Below are positions 1 to 12,075 of a DNA stretch of 64,000 bases, piece by piece. Each line of letters begins with the position of its first letter. Positions within the stretch are counted from its first letter, which is position 1. The notes beneath the pieces were generated by a model, which was not told the origin of the DNA, did no database searches, and saw only the letters and a list, made by a program, of their open reading frames with translations. The DNA lies in NCBI RefSeq assembly GCF_006345805.1, contig NC_043007.1, positions 16,368,001 to 16,432,000 on the forward strand, in the 5' to 3' direction. Origin of the DNA: Octopus sinensis. Lineage: Eukaryota. The translations under genes were made by a program, and so were the position numbers.

Positions 1-255
1 GGGAGTGTATATTGTCATCATCATCATCACATCTACTTTCCCATGCGTCAGATGGAATTTGGTGAGGCAGATTTTCCTCAGCTGGATGTCCTTCCTACTG
101 GCAACCATCCAAGTGAGGTAAAATTTCCCCTATGGAAGGCTAGAAACAAACAGCATCACTTGTATGTTGGTAATGCTCATTCATAACCATCATATCATAA
201 CAAGGGTACACACAAATGCACATGCATATACATGCATCCACTCATACATAGATAT

Positions 256-639
256 GGAGGCGCAATGGCCCAGTGGTTAGGGCAGCGGACTCGCGGTCAT
301 AGGATCGCGGTTTCGATTCCCAGACCGGGCATTGTGAGTGTTTATTGAGCAAAAACACCTAAAGCTCCACGAGGCTCCAGCAGGGGATGGTGGTGATCCC
401 TGCTGTACTCTTTCACCACAACTTTCTCTCACTCTTACTTCCTGTTTCTCTTGTACCTGTATTTCAAAGGGCCGGCCTTGTCACTCTCTGTGTCACGCTG
501 AATATCCCCGAGAACTACGTTAAGGGTACACGTGTCTGTGGAGTGCTCAGCCACTTACACGTTAATTTCACGAGCAGGCTGTTCCATTGATTCGGATCAA
601 CCGGAACCCTCGTCGTCGTAACCGACGGAGTGCTTCCAT
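256..639 (+). mobile_element. tRNA-derived SINE, family A head with tail type 1
   Basis: A-box tggcccagtgg and B-box-like ggtttcgattcc. 13-bp TSD catacatagatat at 243-255 and 640-652. Confidence 0.85.
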
Positions 640-659
640 CATACATAGATATGTATATA

Positions 660-842
660 TCTATAATATAAATTGGACATGGGCGATTGTTGTATTCTTT
701 CTTGTCTTGAGGTTCACAGCCAAACGGCTGGGTGGATTCGCGTGAAAAAGGGCACACATGTGGAGATGGGTGCATAGATTGGAACACAGTTTGTATTTTT
801 TTCCTAACCCCCATACTTACTGAGAAAATCGATTAAAAATTT
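660..842 (+). mobile_element. 5' fragment of the Helitron family seen at 58812-59219
   Basis: a|TCtataatataaattggacatgggcgattg... is near-identical to the reverse complement of about 59037-59219. Confidence 0.75.
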
Positions 843-1179
843 GGTTGACCCGAGGCTATAGTAGAAGACACTTGCCTAAGGTGCCACACAGTGGGACTGA
901 ACCATGTGGTTGGTAAGCAAGCTACTTACCACACAGCCACTCATCATTTTCTTATGTATTTTAGACAATTTTAGAAAAACTAAAGCATGTCTTTCACAAT
1001 TTCAGAGCATATTGAACTTATTTTCTGTGTGATGTTTGCCCCACTCTGTATATGTGTGTGTGACTGAGCGAATTATGCATTTGTATATGTATGTCTGTGT
1101 ATTCACTCATGTATATTTGTATACATTACCTACTTCTATGAAAACAGCAGGCTGCAAGTGATGATGTTGTCATTTTGTG

Positions 1180-1640
1180 GAGGCACATGGCCAAGTGGTT
1201 AGAGCAGCAGACTCATGGTCGAGGGATTGCAGGTTCGAATCTCAGACCGGGCGATGTGTGTGTTTATGAGCGAAACACCTAAGCTCCACGCGGCTCCAAC
1301 AGAAGGTAATGACAACCAATGCTGGTGTGTTGATGTCCCTGTAACTTAGCAGTTCGGCAAACGAGACCGACAGAATAAGTACCAGGCTTACAGAGAATAA
1401 GTCCTTGGGTAGATTTCTTCGGGTAACACGTTTTAAAGCAGTGCTCCAGCATGGGCGCAGTCAAGGTAATGGTGAACTTCTGCTGATTTTTTCGCCACAA
1501 CTTTCTCTCACTCTTTCCTCTTGCATCATGCAGCTCACCTGCGACGGACCGGAGTCCCATACAGGTGGGGAACCTATATACGCCAAGGAAACCGGGAAAC
1601 CAGCCCTTATGAGCCAGGCATGGCTTGAGAAGGAGTAAAC
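1180..1640 (+). mobile_element. SINE family A (tail type 3) interrupted by a family-B fragment at about 1312-1462
   Basis: Same tRNA-like head. aaggtaatg is duplicated either side of the inserted fragment. Confidence 0.7.
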
Positions 1641-1861
1641 ATTCATATGTTGTCATTTTGCTTGTTGCCAAATCATCTGCTAGTATTGCACCTTTGTGTA
1701 AACATAGGAAATATCAAATCCCTTATTGGTAAAAACCTACGAGGGTTATTACTGTGAAGGGGATTCAACTATAAAACCTTGCCTTAATAATATTCTTCAG
1801 AATATGGCCATTCTTTCACTCGGTCAATATTCACAGCTGTTTGAATACAACAATCAATATA

Positions 1862-2460
1862 ATAATAATAATAATGAAATTATTGTATACAGTGCTCAGG
1901 TGCACCACAACTTGTCAAAAGTGCGTATAAAGCATATGCAGTAATGTACAAATGTCTGGGAAGTGAACATTGAATGAGTCAGATACATGCTTGCGTGTGT
2001 ATGGAGGGGAGAAAATCAGGTGTAGTGTTGGCGAATCTCAGGAAGCATGGAAGTTTTGAAGGATACAGTGCCCCGACAACTAACAACTGATGCCAGCAGT
2101 TTGTTCCATGCTTCAGCAACTCTTAGCGTGAAAAATGTTTCCGAAAGTCATGGGAGCTGTGCTGTTTCCTGACTTTGTAAACGTGTCCACGGGTGTTAGA
2201 CAGATGGAGTTTGAAAAAGTGCTGAGAGTTTATTGTTTGAAAGATGGTTAATAATTTTATGGGTGTCTGCCAAGTCAGCTGCGAGACGTCGGAGTTTCAA
2301 TGTATTCATGCTCTGGGAAGTAAGGCGCTGAGAATATGGCAAATGTCTGATGGAGGGTATTCTCTTGGTTGCACATCACTGAACGGCTTCCAGACGATTA
2401 ATATCCTGGGCAAGATAGGGGTTCCAGACCGGTGATGTCCAGTTCAGAAATGCTACTCTT
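1862..2460 (-). mobile_element. CR1-clade LINE 3' fragment
   Basis: Minus-strand remnants TLKLRRLAADLADTHKII and NTRGHVYKVRKQH...RKHFF(fs)RVAEAWNKL match the CR1 C-terminal pattern. Ends in an (ATT)n tail. A short related piece lies at 44032-44170. Confidence 0.8.
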
Positions 2461-3444
2461 AAGATGTTAATGTAATGTCTTGAGGTGTTTTTGTTTTTTT
2501 TATCTTGGATCCTTTAACTGTTTCAGTCAATGAGCTGTGGCCATACTGGAGCACTACATTGAATGGTTTACTGGAACAAATCAACCCAGTCCCTTTTTTT
2601 TTTCCCCCTGATACTTATTCTATCAGTCTCTTCTGCATACCACAAAGCTATGGGGACATAAACAAACCAACACCAGTTCTTAAGTAGTTATGGGGACAAA
2701 CACACATACACGTACATGAACATGCATACACTATGGGCTTTCACACATTTTCTCTCCACCAAATTCACTCACATAGCATTGGTCAGGGCTACAGTAAACA
2801 TTTTCGCAAAGTGCCACACAGTGGGACTGAACCTGAAACCAAGCAGTTGCAAAACGAGCTTCTTAACCACATTGCCATGCCTATGTCTCATAAAGTTTTC
2901 TCAATTTCGCTAAACATAAAGCTATTTCATCTTATTTTAATAAAATAACTCATTAATTAAAACGCTGTTTTACATGGAAGAAGAAATGGCTATTTTTAGA
3001 AATAATGTATCTTAGAATTCCAGAGAGTCAGTAATAACCATTTCTTTGTGTGTTTGGGAGGCTGTGTGTATTTCTGCTATCAGTTTCTTAAAAGAGTTCT
3101 GGGGTTTTTTTAATATAAGAATATGGTTCTTTTCCCTTCCTCTTTTTAATTTTTCTTACAGACTTTTTATTTTTGACACACAAATACTTAGACATGCACT
3201 ATATACAAATATATATATGTACATATATGTGCATATATATGTATGCATATATGTACATATATATCTATCCACACATATATGCATATTCGTGTATATATAG
3301 GGTAAATGTTTTTTATTTTATTTTTCATTCCCTTTCAAAATTACAACTATTAATGGTTTGTAGTTTAACTACTCTTTCTAGCGAGTCAGATGACTTGTTA
3401 TGGCCATCTCTCATGTGTTTAAATGTTCACTGTATATATATATA

Positions 3445-3485
<41 letters not shown>

Positions 3486-3749
3486 TATTTTATAAGCTTT
3501 AAGTTTATGAAATATTATTATTCACAGATTGTAAAATTTAGCACCACTTACCAAATAATTGCAGAAAACACAAAAACATATACACATGGTCATGTATGTA
3601 TGTGCATATATGCGCGTGTGTGTGTGTGTGTGTGTGTGTGTTTGAAAGAGCTTATATAATTAATTAATGAGGTGTTAGGATAGCTATATGCATTCATGCA
3701 TTCACATGTACATATGTGGAATTTGAAGATATATATACATATATATATA

Positions 3750-3802
<53 letters not shown>

Positions 3803-4287
3803 TGTGTGTATGTGTGTAGACAGACATTCACATCCTGTATAGAATTATAAAAATAATATACAGTTGGAACTCACTTCTCTTAATCTCTCTCTCCTCTCGC
3901 TTTCTCAGACACCAACACCCACATACTCATGCATTTGCTAAAAAGTAGTTACTTCATAAAAACTTTGAAAATATAGAAATGATCAAATAATAAGCCACGC
4001 TAAGCCGAAAACTCATGAGGCCTCACACACCCATTGCTTGCAGTATTAGTCAGAGATGGCAGCTAGTTCCATCCAACTCAAGAACACAACAGACCTATAT
4101 ATCAAAAGAAACACAGCATTTTTCTTCACTGTACCTATTTCCTTTTAAGTGCTACGGAGTTAGCTCAAAGACTCTCAGACATCTGATATTGCCATTTAAT
4201 GGTAACAGCACCACAATACAAGTTGCAGCAGCAGCATTAGTTGTAGTAGTTTTTGTTGTTGTTGTTTAGTAATATTTGTGGCGGTGA

Positions 4288-4505
4288 AGGCGGCGAGCTG
4301 GCAGAAACGTTAGCACGCCGGGCGAATTGCTTAGTGGTATTTCGTCTGCCGCTACGTTCTGGGTTCAAATTCCGCCAAGGTCGACTTTGCCTTTCTTTCT
4401 TTTGGGGTCAATAAATTCAGTACCAGTTACGCACTGGGGTCAATCTAATCGACTGGCCCCCTCCCCGAAATATTTCGGGTCTTGTTCCTAGAGTATAAAA
4501 GAATA
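4288..4505 (+). mobile_element. tRNA-derived SINE family C, monomer
   Basis: Head ggcggcgagctggcagaa...gggttcaaattcc and core gtcgactttgcc...taccag. Other monomers lie at about 9745-9960, 25255-25487, 26858-27075, 34185-34387, 58427-58580, 59229-59460 and 63670-63878. Confidence 0.85.
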
Positions 4506-4507
4506 TT

Positions 4508-4785
4508 AGTGGTGGTGGTGGTGGTTGCACTAGTATTTTGTGGTATTGAAGGTTGTTGTTGTGGTGGTGATGGTGGTGGTGGTAGTTCAAGGTTTGGTAG
4601 TCGTTGTGATGTTAGTAGTAATAGTAACAACCGCAGCAGCAGTTGTTGTGATGGTGATGATGGTGGTAGTTGTAGATGTAGTCGTAGTTTTTATAGTAGT
4701 AGCAGTGGTAATATCGGTGGTGGTGGTTTTAGTAGTAGTAGTAGTAGTGGTGGTGGTGGTGGTGGTAGTAGTAGTAGTTATGAGT
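4508..4785. repeat. (GTG/GTA/GTT)n trinucleotide low-complexity tract; similar tracts at about 12585-12860 and 51450-51780
   Basis: Direct inspection. Confidence 0.9.
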
Positions 4786-5018
4786 AACAGATGTTAGTGT
4801 TGTATTCGCTACGGTTTTACTTTGAATACAATTTACCTGCACATGATGTGTGCTTACAGGTAAATTTATTTCAGATCTAGAAACTATTGCTGTTGATGTT
4901 GCTGCTGTTGTCGTTTAACCCTGAGTCAGCTCTGAGCAAGTTAAAATTATTGTGTTCGAAATTCCAACCGTGGCCATCATATCTTTTCAGAACAATCGAT
5001 TTCACTCTACCTTATCGA

Positions 5019-5290
5019 AATAGAATTTTTTTTTAAAGACGATAATAGAGCCTGATTTGAGAGATGTGGCTGCTATTTCAAGCAGATCGAGCGACTACGT
5101 AGTGGCTCTGCGTGTTCGTGTGTGTGTGTGTGTGTGTGTGTTTGTGTAGATTTAAAGGAATAAATAATAGAATTTTTTTTAAGACGATAGAGCCTGATTT
5201 GAGAGATGTGGCTGCTATTTCAAGCAGATCGAGCGACTACGTAGAGGCTCTGCATGTTCGTGTGTGTATGTGTGTGTGTGTGTGTGTGTT
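5019..5290. repeat. Tandem duplication, period 147 bp, of a repeat-tail fragment plus (GT)n
   Basis: aatagaatttttttt...gagcctgatttgagagatgtggctgctatttcaagcagatcgagcgactacgtag starts at 5019 and 5166. Confidence 0.85.
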
Positions 5291-6332
5291 TACCTATTGA
5301 TAAGATTTAAAGGAAGGACGGTTCTTTTCTGATCTGGGATGAACAAGGAAATGTTTCGTTACGTCTTAAGACAATTCTTATTTACATTTTTTGAGAGAGA
5401 GAGAGACAGAGGAAGAGAGAGAGATGTGGTGGAGGAGGAGAAGAAGAGAAGAGAAGAGAAAGCGTATGAGATGAAGATATGAGTGCGAGTGAAACACAGA
5501 GAAGAGGAAGGTGTGTGTGAGAGAGAAAGAGCCAGAATAGGCATATATTAAAGGGGGAACTGTTTTGTGTGAGAAAGAGGGAGAAGATGGATGTGTATAT
5601 GTGTGACAGAGTTGAGGTATGTGAGAGAGAGAGAGAAAGAGATAATAAGATGCAAATAACGAATAGGAAGATATGTGAACAAGAGAGAGAGAGAGAGAGA
5701 GAGAGAAGCATAAACGTGCCGATAAAGAATAAGTTACATGTGTGGGAGCGAGAGTCCCGTTGATAAATACTGGTCTACTTGTTGAACTGTTCGCAATTTT
5801 ATAATCCCATTTACCAGCAGTGTTTCCACACCTTAAACTTTCAAAGGCCTATCTCATCAGTTTGTAAATAGCTACCTATCAATGCCTACCCACCTACCTC
5901 ACTGAAGAGGCTTCTTATCTATGTCGGGGGTGAAGGAGGAAATCCTTGTTCACGGAAGAAAATTTCTTTCTGCATTCAAATTTTGAAATCTCTGAAAAAT
6001 ATATCTACTTGGGGAAAGGAATTTCTTTCTGCATTCGTGTAACTGGATATCACTAAACATCTTATGAATTTATGGAATTAAATATTCTCTCCCTCGCCCA
6101 CTCCTTAGCACAGATTCATCTGTGGTGGATCTTATGCACTTATATTCGTCCCTGATTCTGTTAAAGTTTCCTTCCACCACCTTTTCAGTCTCAATAAAGA
6201 GGAGGATACATTGGATAATGTACGTCCAGATAGACTATTTTAGAATTTAAAAAAAAATAATGGAGTTGTCAAGGCTAGAAGGCTTTTGGTCATAGGTCTG
6301 ACCTGGACATCAACCAATAACGACTCTCGTTT

Positions 6333-6710
6333 ACTCTTTTACTTGTTTCAGTCATTTGACTGCGGCCATGCTGGAGCACCGCCTTTAGTCGAGCAAATCC
6401 CCCCCAGGACTTATTCTTTGTAAGCCTAGTACTTATTCTATTGGCCTCTTTTGCCGAACCGCTAAGTTACAGGGACGTAAACACACCAGCATCGGTTGTC
6501 AAGCGATGTTGGGGGGACAAACACAAACACACATATATACATATATACGACGGGCTTCTTTCAGTTTCCGCCTACCAAATCCACTCACAAGTCTTTGGTC
6601 GGCCCAAGGCTATAGTAGAAGACACTTGCCCAAGGTGCCACGCAGTGGGACTGAACCCAGAACCATGTGTTTGCTAAGCAAGCTACTTACCACACAGCCA
6701 TTCCTATGCC
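6333..6710 (-). mobile_element. tRNA-derived SINE family B
   Basis: Head aggagtggctgtgtggtaag..., internal (CA/TA)n, tail tgactgaaacaagtaaaag. Many copies in the window. Confidence 0.85.
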
Positions 6711-6756
6711 TATATTTTATTATGTGGTACTAATACTACAGTCTATATATTATATA

Positions 6757-7215
6757 TACTTAGTTAATCCCTTTGTTCCCTACAAAGCATAGACAAACAA
6801 CTTGTCTCCAATGTTCTCAATTTTTGGCTGTCTTTTCTGCTTCTCTCCAGTTGGAGCCCTTCTTTTTCCGCTCTGCCTCAATATCCTACCCCCAGCTATT
6901 TTAGAGCATCCTCTCTTCTGCCCCCTCTGTGGGTTCCAGGTCAGGGCCTGATGTCTCTTGTTTCCCTAAAGGAAAGCCTTCCTCTCCAAGCTGTTTTGAA
7001 TTGTCATCAATACTTCTGTAAAACTGCTTTTTCTGGATAGGGGTCTCGGCCCTATGTAAACCCATTTTTATCTCTGAGACGCAGTGGTCCTTATTAGCCT
7101 GGCCTCTATCCTTTGACCTGTCCAGCATGAGAGGTCCTACCAGGAGTTTGTGCTCCACTGGTGCAGATATCAGTATCATTGAGGCATACAAGCCACCACA
7201 CTGCCACAAGAACTG
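6757..7215 (-). mobile_element. Short RTE-derived element: RTE-like 5' UTR joined to RTE 3' end
   Basis: 6950-6760 encodes QALTWNPQRGQKRGCSK(fs)SWG*DIEAE...NWREAEKTAKN*EHWRQVV, an RTE C-terminus. 7100-7215 resembles RTE 5' UTR sequence (cctcaatgat...ctcctggtagg...caggtcaaagg); that part rests on memory only. Confidence 0.65.
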
Positions 7216-7231
7216 AACTTTGTGATGAATA

Positions 7232-7452
7232 CACTCTCTCTTTTACTCTTTTACTTGTTTCAGTCATTTGACTGCGGCCATGCTGGAGCACCGCCTTTAG
7301 TCGAGCAAATCGACCCCAGGACTTATTCTTTGTAAGCCCAGTACTTATTCTATCAGACTCTTTTGCCGAACCGCTAAGTGACGGGGACGTAAACACACCA
7401 GCATCGGTTGTCGAGCAATGCTAGGGGGACAAACACAGACACACAAGCACAT

Positions 7453-7483
<31 letters not shown>

Positions 7484-7655
7484 CATATATACGACAGGCT
7501 TCTTTCAGTTTCCATCTACCAAATCCACTCACAAGGTATTGGTCGGCCTGGGGCTATAGCAGAAGACACTTGCCCAAGATGCCACGCAGTGGGACTGAAC
7601 CCGGAACCATATGGTTGATTAGCAAGCTACTTACCACACAGCCACTCCTGCGCCC
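7232..7655 (-). mobile_element. SINE family B
   Basis: Colinear with 6333-6710. Confidence 0.85.
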
Positions 7656-8300
7656 ATGTATATATAAAATACAATCTATATACATTACATTCTAATTGTG
7701 CATACATTGTTCTTCTAATTCAATCTATACAATTTATATAGTGCAGTCTATTCTTTGTGCTGTCTTTGTATTTTCCTTATAGTGCAGTCAGTTCATTTTA
7801 TGTAGTATAGTCTAAACATCATATTGTCCTTTTAGCATCCTAGCATAATCTATACATTATACATAGTACAGATTAGACAATATATTCAACTTATAATGCA
7901 ATCATGATCTTTGTTTGTCATAACAATTGAAGACGTTATATTTTATATACTTTTCTATACCTATCTGTTCACTCTTGAAAACTCATGAACAACACTGTTC
8001 ATGAAGTCACAGGGCAGTCCACTGTTCCACACACACATACACTGAATTTTTATAAAGCAGAGACAATGTCCAACTTGGAGTAGATGTCTACCTGACAACT
8101 ATTGTGTTTAAGAAAGCCTATATCTCCACGTCTGTATGTTGTATGCCTTCATGTGTGTGCATGTTTCTTTGCTGTGTGTATGTATGTGTGTATGCTTATA
8201 ATCTGTCAATACTGCTTATTAAAATGTTTGTATGTCTCTATTATTGATTGCTTCTGATTACTCCAGAAGAGAGAAAATGGAGATGTTCCAGTGTTTATAA

Positions 8301-8697
8301 TCTCTCTCTATATAAAGCTGAAGTTGTCTGTGTATGGCAGGTTTGGTAGCTTTCAACTAACACTATCTCCTCCGAGACCCTGCGACACAAGTTGACCAAA
8401 ATTGAGAGTATGATAGAAGAAGGCTTGCTCTTCCTTCCATAGAAGAAAAAATCCAAATCGGACCATGTTAACACCAAAAATTATTTACATCAAAAAGGTG
8501 CTTTTTTTCTATGAAAATCCCTATTTTTTACGATTTTTTGACTGCTGTATCGCCATTCCATTTTTCGATATATTTCAACCAGAAAAATGTTCACTTAAAG
8601 AGAATAACAAGCTACATAATACAACATTTTTACTTTTCAAAAATTTCAATTCTAAAGGGTTGAAACAAACCTGAGCAACGCCAGGCGATACTGCTAG
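8301..8697 (+). mobile_element. Non-autonomous Helitron, about 400 bp
   Basis: Starts TC after A, ends CTAG before T. Subterminal hairpin cctgagcaacgccagg. No TSD. Confidence 0.8.
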
Positions 8698-9044
8698 TAG
8701 CTTATAAAGGAATTGAAAGAGGTTTTCAGGATCAGCGTGCCATGCAGGAGATTAACTTCTAATGAGCTAATGAGGGAGCATCTACAAGATTGCTCAGTCT
8801 GCTAAAAATAGCATGCAAATTACCCTTAAATCAAACCCTAAATTCAACTGAGGTCAGCTTTGCATTTTGTCCTTTCAGAATTGATAAAATATAGTACCAG
8901 TCAAGTACAGGAGTCACTGTAATCAACTATCCCCCTCCCCTCAAAATTGTTGGTCATGTGCCAAAATTAGGAAGAATTATTATTCTTTTGTACTTTTTTT
9001 TATATATGCATTTAGAAATTATTATGCTTGCTAACCGTTACAGC

Positions 9045-9385
9045 AGTCATCATCATCGTTTAACATCCGTTTTCCATGCTAGCATGGGTTGGACAGTTCG
9101 ACCGGGGTCTAGGAAGCCAGGAGGCTGCACCAGGCTCCAGTCTGATCTAGCAGTGTTTCTACAGCTGGATGCCCTTCCTAATGCCAACCACTCTGAGAGT
9201 GTAGTGAGTGCTTTTTATGTGCCACCAGAACAAGGGCCAGGGGAGGCTGGCAATGGTCATGATCAGTTGGTGCTTTTTACGTGCCACCGGCACAGACGCC
9301 AGTCAAGGCAGTACTGGTATTGGCCACGTTCAGATGGTGCTTTTTACGTGCCACTAGCATGGGTATAACAGCTACAATTTCCATT
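9045..9385 (-). mobile_element. SINE-like family D: (GAT)n tail and internal ggtgctttttacgtgcc repeats of about 60 bp
   Basis: Conserved ggttggcgttaggaagggcatccagctgtagaaac block. Further copies lie at about 12115-12320, 17915-18075, 18315-18520, 23190-23470, 42665-42985, 45670-46020 and 54865-55040. Confidence 0.8.
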
Positions 9386-9973
9386 TGTTTTTTTTTTTTG
9401 TTTTTTTTTCGTGGATATGAAAATTGGTTGAGTGCCAAACAAAATAGCTTGCACTCTTTAGTCTCATGTCGTTTTTGTTCTAAGTTCAAATTCTTTTCAA
9501 GTAAGCTTTTCTTTCATATGATATAGTCTTGAATTAGTTCATTGCTTCCTCTTTCAAAATTTGTCACCTTGTGCCTCACATTAAAGTACATTTGCATGGG
9601 CAGAGTTGAAATAATACCTTATGGTATTTATTAATCTTTTTACATTCTGAGTTCCAGTCCCAACAAGGTCAGCCTCGCCTTTCATCTTTTTAAGGTCAAT
9701 AAAATAAAGAACCAATCAAGGACTAACCTTCATCATCATTATTAAGGTGATGAGCTGGCAGAATTCTTAGCACACTGGACAAAATGCTTAGCAGTATTTC
9801 ACCTATCGCTATGTTCTGAGTTCAAATTCTGCCAAAGTCAGCTTTGCTTTTCATCCTTTCAGGGTCAATAAATTAAGTACCAGTAAAACACTGGGGTCAA
9901 TGTAATTGACTAGTCTTCTCCCCACCAAATTTCAGGCCTTATGCTATCAGTAGAAAGGATTATTATTATTATT

Positions 9974-10432
9974 GAGTGAGAGAGCAGTGCATGCCATCAA
10001 AGTGACACTGGGGTAAAATACACAAAGCCCAGTATACCCATCATGACTACCCGTCTGATAAGGGTACACCAGGAACATGCATCACAACCATATGTGCGTG
10101 ACATGGTGATCTCATATCAAGATAAACAGTACATGACCTTGCAGGTGGGGCCCAGTTAGAATTTTCTCCTGGTCGAGTAGCCCATCCCGCTCAAATGGTC
10201 CCTGAATAAGGATTGTTTGAGGATGTTGAACGAACCACCCATGATTCCAAAGGTAAATTATCCAAATCTCTAAGAATTCCTCTCAACACACGGCTATGAT
10301 GCTCCCCCACTACTTCTGCTCGTGATCAGAGATGCACATATCGTCAGCCACTAAGGGACATGGTTAACTGGTTACGGTCAAACAACTGACAAGAAAATCT
10401 GTGGTACTGAGCAGAATATTTGCTGTAACCTA
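9974..10432. mobile_element. Non-coding interspersed element embedded in a (TAT)n tract, possibly R4/Dong-derived
   Basis: Complex 460-bp sequence bounded on both sides by (TAT)n, no ORF. The clade is inferred from the target type only. Confidence 0.4.
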
Positions 10433-10581
10433 TTTTTATTATTATTATTATTATTATTATCATTATCATCATTATCATTATTATCATTATTATTATCATT
10501 ATCATTATTATCATTATCATCATTATTATCATTATCATTATTATTATCATTATCATTATTATTATCATTATTATTATTATC

Positions 10582-10628
<47 letters not shown>

Positions 10629-10708
10629 CATCATCATTATTATCATTATCATTATTATTATCATTATCATTATTATTATCATTGTCATTATTATCATTGT
10701 CATTATTA

Positions 10709-10753
<45 letters not shown>

Positions 10754-10755
10754 GG
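10433..10755. repeat. (ATT/ATC)n compound microsatellite
   Basis: Direct inspection. Confidence 0.97.
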
Positions 10756-12032
10756 GTTGTAGGTTGGCAGAATGGTTAGAGCATCAGAAAAAAATTGCTT
10801 TGCAGTATTTGTTCCAACCCTCTATGTCCTGAGATCTAATTGCAATGTCAATGAAATAAAATGCTCGTCAAGTACTGGAGTCAATAGTATCAATGACCTA
10901 CCTCTCCTGAATTACTGCTGGCCTTGTGCCTAAATAATATTAAAAAGTGGTAGTAGTATTAGTACACCAATGTTATAGTTAGTGTGCGCTTCAGGTTAGG
11001 TAACCTGTTGCTAACAACAGCTGCCACGTCTCCTATTTCAGGGGACACACCCATTTTATATATATTCCCTGATATAGTTATGGTTTAATAACGATAGTTA
11101 TACTAGTATAACTGAACATCTGTAACTAACTATGCAGCTACTTCACAGCCTTCTGTACTACTACTGCTATCACAAACTACTACCACTACATGCATTAATA
11201 ATAGATTTAGGGTGTTGCCTAACTAATAGTAGTTGTATACAGGAGAAGAAATATTCAGATTTCAAGCAGAACTAATAACGATGTTCTCCAAAGAAGGACC
11301 CTGTCCAAAAAATTTTTATGCTTTTTATTTTGTTATTGTTTTTTTTTTTAACAAATTGTAGTGGTGGGGCATTTTTATTTGGTTGCTCAACCAGTTAGAA
11401 GTAGCAACCAAACCTTCCACTTAAAAAGAAAAGAAGGCTAGAATGTATTCAAGTATCAAGTCCTGAATAACATCTATCTGAAAACTTTTTTTAAAAAGTA
11501 AGAAATATACAGGATGGTCACAGCTGGAATGCTTTCGACCACAGGATCAATCTACAAGGATCAATCTATCGACTAGACACCATTCACCCCCCCACCCATA
11601 AATTTCCTGCTTTTAACAGTTTAAGATTTCTGTTGAAGCTCTATAATTAGTTACCTGTATCATTTTCAAGTATCTCTCATTATGAAACATATCAACTTAT
11701 TTGGTTTTGCACCTGTTTTTAGAAGAGATGTTTTTCTTTTTGTATTTTCCTTTATGTCAATTAGTGGAAAACTAAGTACAGTTTTTGAAAATATATTTGA
11801 ATTAATAATACACTAAGATAATTAAATGTCTTTGTGTGTATGTGTGCATGTATGCATGTACTGTAGAGATAGTTGGTTGTCTATGTTAAGTTTGTTACAT
11901 AAGTTAGTGTTTAACCTATTAAGTACACAGAGCTTTAATAAGCTAATTAAAAATAATTAAGTGGCTGGGAAGAAAAAACAGTATTATCTAATGACTAATA
12001 TTACTTTTAGTTTTCTGGAAAATATGGGAGAC

Positions 12033-12075
12033 AACTTCAGGCACATTTTGGTCTTATGATCTCATCAGTGAAGCC
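12033..12075 (-). ncRNA. Decayed minimal hammerhead motif
   Basis: Minus strand reads cttca CTGATGA GATC ataa GACC AAAA TGTGCC tgaag. Stem I cttca/tgaag is intact. Three of the departures from an inferred GATCGAAACGCGTC are CpG-type transitions. Confidence 0.5.

Noticed and set aside
256-330. tRNA-like sequences at SINE heads throughout the window
   Set aside because: A/B boxes are present but there is no full cloverleaf, and each runs into a SINE body; not called as tRNA genes.
4482-4797. Gly/Ser- and Val-rich ORFs; similar cases at 10344-10754, 14839-15448, 51328-51739 and 53362-53921
   Set aside because: All lie in di- or trinucleotide repeats.
5825-5865. Minus-strand CTGATGAG...GAAA
   Set aside because: No consistent stem I, II or III pairing.
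10290-10390. Partial HDV-like pairing on the minus strand (GTCAGTT/GGCTGAC)
   Set aside because: No P2 helix or catalytic-C junction could be assigned, and the putative cleavage site is about 40 nt inside the element rather than at its end.
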